Assembly (NCBI GenBank): GCA_003331605.1
Contig: QOPD01000001.1
Coordinates: 147,936-211,935, forward strand
Direction: 5' to 3'
Origin: SAR86 cluster bacterium
GTDB taxonomy: Bacteria > Pseudomonadota > Gammaproteobacteria > Magnimaribacterales > TMED112
Length of the DNA: 64,000 bases
Below the pieces are notes generated by a model. The model was not told the DNA's origin, made no database searches, and saw only the letters and a program-made list of their open reading frames with translations. Positions within the stretch are counted from its first letter, which is position 1. Each line of letters starts with the position of its first letter. Below, in pieces: positions 9,802-17,353 of this stretch. The position numbers and the translations under genes were made by a program.

Positions 9802-11507
9802 TTTCTTCTATAGAGAATAAAAGCCCCTAACCCAATAATAATTATAAGCAATCCCCACGGCAGATATTCATAAACTCTTCTTTTGAATGTATTAACTGTC
9901 ATTTCATTTGCCCAAAAGTAATCTTCAGGCAATTCAACCACTCCATTTACTTCAACATACTCTTCATAGGAGCTTAAAAGATCTTGGAAAATGTCTGGGT
10001 AAGTTTTGGATAAATCTTTGGTCTCTCCAGGGTCTATTTTCAAGTCATACATGCGCCAAACATTGTCTCCAGATGGTGGTCTGTTTCTCAAAATCTTATA
10101 CCTGCCCTTAAAAAGTGCAGAATTACCCGTGACCTCAAGACCTATGTATTCATCATCTGAGTAAATTGGCGTCCTATTTCCTGCCATTATGTCTTTAAGA
10201 GACTTGCCAATCATTTGATTATGCACTTGACCGCCAACAATATCTGTAATCGTTGAGGCAATGTCCGTGACGTATGAAAACTCATGATAGATGCCTTGTT
10301 TTATATTTGGTCCAGATATTATTAATGGCACCTTAATGCCGCCTTCATTCATATGGAATTTATACATGTGGTGGGGCGATGCCATTGCTTGAGCAAACTC
10401 GGTACCAATATAAACGTAGCTGTTTTCTTCCCCTAAAGTTTCATAGTTTGTATTGTAGTTGGTTGTGCCAATCCACTGCTTCCAGACATCATGATTGGAC
10501 GGATCATTACCTTCAGGCCCGTTATCCGATGTGATGATAAATATTGTGTTGTCATAGAGATCATTCGCTTTTAAATAATTAATAAACCTGCCAATGTGAT
10601 AATCCATAGCATTAAGCATGCCAGCAAAAACCGCTGCACTTTTAACCTTATGCGCTCTGTCTTCCTCTTCTAAATCTTCCCAGGCATCAAATTTTTTCAA
10701 TGAATCGACTATGGATGCTTCAGAAGCAAAAATACCTTTTTCAATGGCAGCATTTTTTCGGTCTTCTCGTAAGCTTACCCAGCCATCGCGATATAGGTCT
10801 AAGTACTTATCTGTATATTTTTTTGGTGCTTGGAGTGGAATATGTTGGGCTTGAAATGAGATGTAAGAAAAAAATGGACCTTCCTTTTGAATATCCTCAT
10901 CAATGTATTTAATCATTTCGTCAATAAAAAACCTTGATGAGTAAAAGTCCTCAGGCAGTGTTGCTGGTTTGCCATTCTTGAACCAGGGAGCTTTTGAATA
11001 GTAGGGCAAGTAAGAGTGATTGGAATAGTTGTCTCCCCCTGTTGCATCAAGGATAAATGTCTTTGCAAAGCCACGATTATGTGGCAGGGCTGCAGTTTCT
11101 TTTCCACCAAAACCCAAATGCCATTTTCCTGTCATATAGGTTTTGTACCCGTGTGGCTTTAGAAGTTCAGCCAGTGTTAGTGCTTCAGGGATTAAATATC
11201 CTTCATAGCCAGGAATATTTCTTAAATTTCTAGGCATAACTTCTGGGATCATTGGAATTCCAACATTGTGGTTATCCATACCTGTTAAAAGCATGGCTCT
11301 TGAGGGCGCACACTCTGGTGATGTATGGTAATTGGAGAAGATTAGACCCTCTCCAGCTAACATATCCATATTTGGTGTATCGATTTCGCTACCAAAAGCG
11401 CCAATATCTGTTAGCCCAAGATCATCAATTAAAATTAAAACAATATTTGGTTTATTCGTTCCTAAAGAATTTAAGCTAAGAAGCAGAACTAAAAACAGTT
11501 TACGCAT
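9798..11507 (-). CDS. Arylsulfatase (Cys-type) with signal peptide and C-terminal TM helix
   Basis: PNIVLILIDDLG, CAPSRAMLLTG, GKWHLG, SDNG and EGGIKVP motifs; ends in WGLLIIIIGLGAFILYRRK. Confidence 0.93.
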   Translation of the reverse strand: MRKLFLVLLLSLNSLGTNKPNIVLILIDDLGLTDIGAFGSEIDTPNMDMLAGEGLIFSNYHTSPECAPSRAMLLTGMDNHNVGIPMIPEVMPRNLRNIPGYEGYLIPEALTLAELLKPHGYKTYMTGKWHLGFGGKETAALPHNRGFAKTFILDATGGDNYSNHSYLPYYSKAPWFKNGKPATLPEDFYSSRFFIDEMIKYIDEDIQKEGPFFSYISFQAQHIPLQAPKKYTDKYLDLYRDGWVSLREDRKNAAIEKGIFASEASIVDSLKKFDAWEDLEEEDRAHKVKSAAVFAGMLNAMDYHIGRFINYLKANDLYDNTIFIITSDNGPEGNDPSNHDVWKQWIGTTNYNTNYETLGEENSYVYIGTEFAQAMASPHHMYKFHMNEGGIKVPLIISGPNIKQGIYHEFSYVTDIASTITDIVGGQVHNQMIGKSLKDIMAGNRTPIYSDDEYIGLEVTGNSALFKGRYKILRNRPPSGDNVWRMYDLKIDPGETKDLSKTYPDIFQDLLSSYEEYVEVNGVVELPEDYFWANEMTVNTFKRRVYEYLPWGLLIIIIGLGAFILYRRK

Positions 11508-11510
11508 TTC

Positions 11511-12197
11511 TTATGATATGCCGCAGTTTTTATTAGCTGTCACGGCAGCATCCATTAATTTTGGGTCAGGCAAGTTTAGATTGTCCATAAATTCAATGAA
11601 CTCTTCTCTGTTTGAAAAGTTAAGTCTTGGATTGTTCTCAAATTCATGGCCTAATGTTGATTGCAATTTTCCGTTGTAATCATGTGCGGGCAAGACTATT
11701 GTTTTTGAATCATGCTTTCTAAGGGTGGTGAAAAGACTGGCATACAGATCAGCTGAACTCCCATTCTGAAAATCTGTTCTGCCGCAACCATTAATCAGTA
11801 AAGTGTCTCCTGTAAATAAGTACTTCATACTATCCATTTCCATGTAATAGCAATAGCTATCATCGGTATGACCTGGTGTGAATAAAGCCTTGATTTTAAG
11901 ATCTGCAAACTCTATAACATCATCACACCGAATAGGCTGTGAGACACAAGCAGCTTGAGATTGCTCACCCATAACTGTGATACAGCCATGTCTTTCTCTG
12001 AGCTCACCAAGTGCAGTTATATGATCGGCATGAATGTGCGTATCAATTGCATAAGCTAATTTTAGATTTTGTGCTTTAATCAAATCTGAGTATTGGTCCA
12101 CATCATCCAACACAGGATCAATTATCACGCATTCATTACCCCTAATAATTAGGTATGTATGAGTTGATGACTCAGCATGAAAAAATCTTTCAATCAT
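11511..12197 (-). CDS. MBL-fold persulfide dioxygenase (ETHE1/Sdo-like)
   Basis: DTHIHADHITA, TPGHT, FTGDTLLINGCGRTDFQNG, PAHDY and NLNLPDPK motifs. Confidence 0.88.
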   Translation of the reverse strand: MIERFFHAESSTHTYLIIRGNECVIIDPVLDDVDQYSDLIKAQNLKLAYAIDTHIHADHITALGELRERHGCITVMGEQSQAACVSQPIRCDDVIEFADLKIKALFTPGHTDDSYCYYMEMDSMKYLFTGDTLLINGCGRTDFQNGSSADLYASLFTTLRKHDSKTIVLPAHDYNGKLQSTLGHEFENNPRLNFSNREEFIEFMDNLNLPDPKLMDAAVTANKNCGIS

Positions 12198-12985
12198 TTT
12201 TCAGGTTTTTTAAAAAGAAGTGTAAATCTATCGCTTTCACCAATTGCTAGATATTTGTCTTTATCAATTTCTTTCAATCGCAAGCTTGGCGGAAGTGTCC
12301 AAACACCATTTTGATAGTCAGCTGTATCTTTACTATTGGCATTTATTTCACTTGATGCGACAAGAATGAAACCAGCTTTTTCAGCAACAGAAATAGCATA
12401 CTCTTCTGTTATATAGCCAGATTTTTTCATTGCCTCAAGAGAAGTGCCAGGCTTTGCTCTATGGTCCACAACTCCAAAAGAGCCACCAGGTTTTAAGACT
12501 TTGTAAGCTCGACTTAATATGTCGTCACCTTGTTGGCCTATCCAATTGTGAAGGTTGCGAAAAGTTACTACCAAATCGGCAGAGTTTTCTACACCATAAC
12601 TTTTATCCAGTTCAACAACCCTTACCTCCGAGAACATATTGTTTGATGCAATCTTCTTATCAAATGCTGTTCTTGATCGGGCATAATAGGCGCTAGTTTC
12701 TGGATTGTAATGTGCAGCAATGAGCTCACCTTTTTTCTTGAGGTAGGGCGCTAGTATTTCGGTATACCAACCTCCACCTGGTGAGAGTTCAACCACCACT
12801 TGATTGTCTTTCAAACCAAAGAATTTAAGCGTTTCATATGGATTTCTATATTGATCCCTTTCTTTAAAGGTTACTGTTCTGAGATCATTTTCTATAGCGG
12901 CTTTAAGGCTATCAAAATCCGAATCTGTGTGATGAGCTTTGCTTAGCAATGCCATTAAAAATAAAACAAATAATTTCAACTTCAT
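12194..12985 (-). CDS. Class I SAM-dependent methyltransferase with signal peptide (COG4798-like)
   Basis: RDQYRNPYETLKFFG, VVELSPGGGWYTEILAP, TFRNLHNW and IGESDRFTLLF motifs. Likely start is MKLKLF at 12985. Confidence 0.85.
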   Translation of the reverse strand: MKLKLFVLFLMALLSKAHHTDSDFDSLKAAIENDLRTVTFKERDQYRNPYETLKFFGLKDNQVVVELSPGGGWYTEILAPYLKKKGELIAAHYNPETSAYYARSRTAFDKKIASNNMFSEVRVVELDKSYGVENSADLVVTFRNLHNWIGQQGDDILSRAYKVLKPGGSFGVVDHRAKPGTSLEAMKKSGYITEEYAISVAEKAGFILVASSEINANSKDTADYQNGVWTLPPSLRLKEIDKDKYLAIGESDRFTLLFKKPEK

Positions 12986-13038
12986 ATGGATATTATCTAT
13001 TTTGCAAAATGAGTTAGCAATCAAGTTATGATATTAAA

Positions 13039-13713
13039 ATGATAAAGCTATATACAGCTCCGACTCCTAACGGCTATAAAGTTTCATGCTTGCTTGAAAT
13101 GTTGCAGATGCCTTATGAATACGAGCTGGTTAATTTGCTTGAGAAAGAACAGTTCTCAGATCAGTTTAAAAACATTAGTCCGAACTCAAAAATACCAGCT
13201 ATTGAAGATACTGAAAATAATTTTGCCTTGGCTGAATCAGGAGCAATTATGATTTATCTGGCAGATAAAGCTGGGAAAATGTTGCCTAAATCTGGCAAAG
13301 AAAGGTATGAGGTCCTGCAATGGATAATGTTTCAAATGGGTCACATTGGACCAATGATGGGACAAGCCAATGTCTTTTATAGATATCTCCCTGAAAAAAT
13401 CCCTGCTGCTATCAGTAGATATCACAATGAATGTAGAAGGCTTTTTGAAGTTATGAACAATCGGCTATCAATTCAGCAATGGTTGTGTAAGGAATTTTCT
13501 ATAGCTGATCTGGCTAATTGGTGCTGGGTTAGAACTTATAGCTGGTCTGGTATCAAGATGGATGGGCTTGATCATTTGGAAAGGTGGCTCAAGGAAATTA
13601 AAACCATGCCAGGCATTAAAGAGGGGCTAGACATTCCAATTCCACTTACTGAATTAAAAAAAATAAGAGATGAACAAAGAGCAAAAAATGCTGATGCTAT
13701 TGTTCAAAAATAA
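13039..13713 (+). CDS. Glutathione S-transferase (YfcG/YghU-like, Nu class)
   Basis: TAPTPNGYK, SPNSKIPAI, ESGAIMIYLA and WIMFQMGHIGPMMGQAN motifs. Confidence 0.92.
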   Translation: MIKLYTAPTPNGYKVSCLLEMLQMPYEYELVNLLEKEQFSDQFKNISPNSKIPAIEDTENNFALAESGAIMIYLADKAGKMLPKSGKERYEVLQWIMFQMGHIGPMMGQANVFYRYLPEKIPAAISRYHNECRRLFEVMNNRLSIQQWLCKEFSIADLANWCWVRTYSWSGIKMDGLDHLERWLKEIKTMPGIKEGLDIPIPLTELKKIRDEQRAKNADAIVQK

Positions 13714-13714
13714 A

Positions 13715-13741
13715 AAAAGGCACCAGGAACAGGTGCCTTTT
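13715..13741. terminator. Intrinsic terminator between GST and the small ORF; strongest on the minus strand
   Basis: Perfect stem AAAAGGCACC-(7 nt)-GGTGCCTTTT. The plus-strand A-run upstream gives a long U-tail on the minus-strand transcript. Confidence 0.85.
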
Positions 13742-13768
13742 CAAAATGCTTAAACTAAGCAATACCAA

Positions 13769-13900
13769 TTAGTGGGCCTTAGATTTTTCTTTAATCAAAA
13801 GATTTTTCTGTAAAAACAGATTAAATCGGTACTTTTTAAGCGTTAGCCTTTTATTAGATTTAATAGCAGCTTTATGCTGTATTAATTGCAGATTTGTCAT
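13769..13900 (-). CDS. Unannotated 43-aa basic protein MTNLQLIQHKAAIKSNKRLTLKKYRFNLFLQKNLLIKEKSKAH, downstream of a tandem glutamine riboswitch
   Basis: AAGGAG (13907-13912) lies 6 nt before ATG 13900; stop TAA at 13769-13771; promoter and riboswitch upstream, terminator downstream. Too short for the ORF track. Confidence 0.75.
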   Translation of the reverse strand: MTNLQLIQHKAAIKSNKRLTLKKYRFNLFLQKNLLIKEKSKAH

Positions 13901-13922
13901 AAACATCTCCTTTTAAAAAGAT

Positions 13923-13973
13923 GCGTTCCTTCGGTACCATTACCTACTTCCGTCTTCTTGCGAAGATGAACGA
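13923..13973 (-). ncRNA. glnA-type glutamine riboswitch aptamer (3' copy of tandem 1)
   Basis: UCGUUCAUCUUCGCAAGAAGACGGAAGUAGGUAAUGGUACCGAAGGAACGC: P1 CGUUC/GAACG, P2 UCUUC-GCAA-GAAGA, GGAAGUA junction, P3 GGUA/UACC, GAA E-loop strand. Matches the glnA motif as I recall it; no covariance search run. Confidence 0.85.
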
Positions 13974-13977
13974 GGGT

Positions 13978-14024
13978 ACGTTCCTTCAGCCTTAGCCTAC
14001 TTCCGTCCCTTGCGGGATGAACGA
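13978..14024 (-). ncRNA. glnA-type glutamine riboswitch aptamer (5' copy of tandem 1)
   Basis: UCGUUCAUCCCGCAAGGGACGGAAGUAGGCUAAGGCUGAAGGAACGU: same core, P2 UCCC-GCAA-GGGA, P3 GGC/GCU. Confidence 0.83.
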
Positions 14025-14069
14025 GTAGTCTTTTAACCCATGACAAATGGAGAGAAAATTCCCAATTTC

Positions 14070-14098
14070 AATATACCAAAATGGCCAAAATTTAGCAA
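14070..14098 (-). promoter_or_regulatory. sigma70-like promoter for the riboswitch/small-ORF transcript
   Basis: Minus strand TTGCTA-N17-TATATT with TG of an extended -10. Confidence 0.6.
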
Positions 14099-14368
14099 TT
14101 AGTTATTTACTTTGCAGTAAGTGTTGAAATTAATAGCATGATTTTCTGCCAATTCGGACAAAAAGTATGCTTCTTCTGTAAGTTTTTTAGCTTCTTCAAC
14201 TTTGCCATTTTTTTCAGCTTCATCAGCTTTTTTCAAAAGCTCTCCAGAGTAGTATAAAAATACTCCCGAAGCTTCACTTATTTTTTTACAATCTTCTATC
14301 TTCCAGTAACCTAGGGATGTACAAGATCCTAAAACCCCAGTTAACAGAATAATAACCAAATTTTTCAT
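14099..14368 (-). CDS. Hypothetical small lipoprotein
   Basis: MKNLVIILLTGVLGS-C lipobox-like signal; helical mature part with two further Cys. Confidence 0.7.
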   Translation of the reverse strand: MKNLVIILLTGVLGSCTSLGYWKIEDCKKISEASGVFLYYSGELLKKADEAEKNGKVEEAKKLTEEAYFLSELAENHAINFNTYCKVNN

Positions 14369-14428
14369 GTGCTCCCTATCAATAAATATTACTCATTATC
14401 CCAAAAAAAAAGCTATCATCATAATCAG

Positions 14429-15094
14429 GTGAAATTTTTTGTAAGAAACATTCATAAATACTTAAGTTTTTTAATTTCAATTCAACTTCTTTTATGGACA
14501 GTTTCAGGAATATATTTTGCTTTCAATAAAATTGAAAACGTCCGAGGAGAGCAATACAGAGAGGAACCAAACTTTAATGTAGATTTTTCAAAACTCAATT
14601 TTCAAATAGATGGCGCTCAAAATATAAGAGTTATAGATAGAATGGACCAGGAGATTTTAGTAGTCGATGGTATTTACGGTCGTGAGTATTTAAATTTTGA
14701 AGGCAAAGATGTAGAGCAAATAAAGGTAGAAGAGGCTAAGGCCTTATCAGCAAAGCAAACATCACTTATTCCTGAAAGTGTTGATCTTATTACTGAAAAT
14801 ACTATTGGATCTGAGTATCGTGGAAGAGCTTTGCCTATTTATAGAGTTACATCAGTCAACGAGGCGGGACAAAGCATAAATGTCTACCTAAATGTTTACA
14901 CTGGTGAGGTTGAAGCCGTGCGATCCAATCAATGGCGAATATGGGATTTGATGTGGGGGTTTCATATTATGGATTGGGAAACTCGTGAAGATATAGACAA
15001 TCTTCTTTTAAAAATATTTTCAATTTTAGCTCTTGTTAGCTCAATTACTGGTGTTCTCTTGTTTTTTAAAGTGGATATAAGAAATAAAGTTTAG
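14429..15094 (+). CDS. PepSY domain / PepSY-associated TM helix protein
   Basis: RNIHKYLS..IQLLLWTVSG, YLNVYTGEV and WRIWDLMWGFHIMD motifs. Likely start is GTG 14429. Confidence 0.8.
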   Translation: MKFFVRNIHKYLSFLISIQLLLWTVSGIYFAFNKIENVRGEQYREEPNFNVDFSKLNFQIDGAQNIRVIDRMDQEILVVDGIYGREYLNFEGKDVEQIKVEEAKALSAKQTSLIPESVDLITENTIGSEYRGRALPIYRVTSVNEAGQSINVYLNVYTGEVEAVRSNQWRIWDLMWGFHIMDWETREDIDNLLLKIFSILALVSSITGVLLFFKVDIRNKV

Positions 15095-15110
15095 GCTTTT
15101 TGGGCTTGGG

Positions 15111-15186
15111 TGGTGCCCAGAGGTGGAATCGAACCACCGACACAAGGATTTTCAGTCCTTTGCTCTACCAACTGAGCTATCTGGGC
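15111..15186 (-). tRNA. tRNA-Phe (GAA)
   Basis: GCCCAGATAGCTCAGTTGGTAGAGCAAAGGACTGAAAATCCTTGTGTCGGTGGTTCGATTCCACCTCTGGGCACCA: 76-nt cloverleaf with encoded CCA. Confidence 0.98.
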
Positions 15187-15201
15187 ACAAGAGTGAATAT
15201 A

Positions 15202-17280
15202 TTACTTCGTAATATTTTTCAAAGCAAAAGATTGTTCGATCGAAAACAGCTCAATTCGTTTCCATTTTGGCATAGCAACCCCGTTGCCTGAACCATGTCC
15301 TGCACGAGGTGTATCATAAAGCATCACTGGGTTATCGCATCCTTGATATTCTTGTATTCTTGCAGTGAATTTATACGAATGCGATGGCACAACACGATCG
15401 TCTCTGCGTGCAGTGGTTGTTAAAGTTGGAGAATAGCATTCGCCAATTTTGAGTTGATGGTAGGGTGATATTTGAAGATTGCGTTTAAAGTCATCGAGAT
15501 TTTCAAGCGGGCTGCCATAATCTCCACGCCAACCCCAGCCTTCGGTAAATTCTGTGAATCTCAACATATCGAGAACACCGACCGCAGGTAGCGTTGCACC
15601 AAAATAATCAGGGTTTTGAATAAGGGTTGTCCCAACCAATAAACCACCATTAGATCTACCACTTATTACGGTAGATTTTCTATTGCCAATATTTTGTTCT
15701 TCTAAAAATTTTGATGCATAAAGAAAATCGTCAAATACGTTTTGCTTAGTATCAAGGCGACCAGCATTATGCCATGCTTTTCCAAGCTCTCCACCACCTC
15801 TAAGGTTAGCTATAGCCAGCACGCCGCCCATCTCAAGCCATGCAACATATTTTGGAGTAAAGGAAGGGCGAATAGAAATATTGTAACCACCATAACCATA
15901 CAAAAAGACTGGAGTATTGCTATTCAATTTAGCTGATTTTTTGTAGGAGTAAGTTATCGGAATCATGGTGCCATCTTTGCTTGGATAGTAGGTACTAACT
16001 TCCTTATAAGCCGATGGGTCAAATCCTGGGATCTCTTCTTCCCAAACCTTAACTGCTTCTGCCGTTTCGGTATTAAAGTTGTAATATCGATCTGGTTGCG
16101 TGAAGCTGCTTGATGAGAACATTATTGTTTTTTCATCGATGCTTTGAAAGCCACTTTGGGTACCAGTAATTTCTTTAGGTATAGTTAAATCGAGGGCTTC
16201 TCCTTGTTCAGTTAAAAAGACAATTTTTGAGTGCATATTGGTATCAATGTAATCGGCAATAATCATATCGTTAACTAAAGATACACCTTTGAGTGCTAGA
16301 TTTGATTCAGGAATCACTTCAGTCATAGAAAAATCATCAAACAGTATCTTCACAAGACGATATTTTGGCGCTTTATAATTGGTAATGAAGAAAAAACCTT
16401 CAGTATCTGAACTTACGTAACTAAAACTTGCTTCGTTTATTGGAGTAACTACCTCTAAGGCGTCAACATCAACCCCAAAAAGATAAAAATTTTCTTCTTC
16501 GGAGCCAGTTATTACCTTAATGAGCACATTTTCGTCATCTCCAATAAAGCTAACTGTATAGTTTTCTTCTGAGTTAACTTCTCCATAGAAAAGCTCTTCT
16601 TTTCCTGTTTCGATATTAAAAAAATAAATGGCTGCATCATAACTTTGTTGACTTAAACGCAACCTATCCTCTGGTTTTGGGTATTTGTTATAAAAGAAAC
16701 CTGATGAATCTGATTTCCACGTAATATCTGAAAATTTAACCTCTGTCACCTTATGAACTAGATTTAGTCCAGATTCCATATCAAGGATTTTTATTGTTCT
16801 CCAATCAACTCCACCGTCAGTAACTGAATAAGCAAGGTATTTCTTATCGGGGCTTAGAGATGTTTTATCGAGATTTAATGTTTGATCGTTTGACCATGTG
16901 TTTGGGTCCAATATTACTTTATTGGTATCACCCTTTTTTATGTAAAGATGATGTTCATCTTGGCCTGAGTTGTAGAAATAAAAATCACTGTTTGGGTTGA
17001 AATAGGACGCTGAAAAATACTCCGAGCTGTATGCATTTTTAAGAACTGACTTGATCTCTGCGAAGCTTGAGTCTTGCAAGTAATCAATAGTCAATGCATT
17101 TTGTTTTTCTGACCAGTTGACAACCTCTTTAGACTGAAAATCTTCCATGTAAATATAAGGATCGTAAATTGTTGTGCCACCAACGTTGTAGCTGCCTCTT
17201 TTCTTTTCACTCTCTGGATACTCAAAGTCTGAGCTACATCCAATTAGTACGATTGCTAGGGCTAAATATCTTGTCATCAT
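15202..17280 (-). CDS. Prolyl oligopeptidase (S9A), lipoprotein-like N-terminus
   Basis: DPYIYME, SKDGTMIP, YGYGGYN, ANLRGGGELG, GRSNGG (nucleophile), DDRV and GHG motifs. Confidence 0.93.
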   Translation of the reverse strand: MMTRYLALAIVLIGCSSDFEYPESEKKRGSYNVGGTTIYDPYIYMEDFQSKEVVNWSEKQNALTIDYLQDSSFAEIKSVLKNAYSSEYFSASYFNPNSDFYFYNSGQDEHHLYIKKGDTNKVILDPNTWSNDQTLNLDKTSLSPDKKYLAYSVTDGGVDWRTIKILDMESGLNLVHKVTEVKFSDITWKSDSSGFFYNKYPKPEDRLRLSQQSYDAAIYFFNIETGKEELFYGEVNSEENYTVSFIGDDENVLIKVITGSEEENFYLFGVDVDALEVVTPINEASFSYVSSDTEGFFFITNYKAPKYRLVKILFDDFSMTEVIPESNLALKGVSLVNDMIIADYIDTNMHSKIVFLTEQGEALDLTIPKEITGTQSGFQSIDEKTIMFSSSSFTQPDRYYNFNTETAEAVKVWEEEIPGFDPSAYKEVSTYYPSKDGTMIPITYSYKKSAKLNSNTPVFLYGYGGYNISIRPSFTPKYVAWLEMGGVLAIANLRGGGELGKAWHNAGRLDTKQNVFDDFLYASKFLEEQNIGNRKSTVISGRSNGGLLVGTTLIQNPDYFGATLPAVGVLDMLRFTEFTEGWGWRGDYGSPLENLDDFKRNLQISPYHQLKIGECYSPTLTTTARRDDRVVPSHSYKFTARIQEYQGCDNPVMLYDTPRAGHGSGNGVAMPKWKRIELFSIEQSFALKNITK

Positions 17281-17353
17281 TGCTCCTTATTAATTATTTG
17301 AAGATAATCTCCAAATACAGTATTTTTTTAATTTGTAGATACTTTGTTTATCA

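Noticed and set aside
13700-15186. Genomic island integrated at the tRNA-Phe 3' end
   Set aside because: No integrase and no direct repeat of the tRNA 3' end found; the GGCACCA match in the terminator is short and in the wrong orientation.
15100-15291. 63-aa plus-strand ORF
   Set aside because: Antisense shadow of tRNA-Phe.
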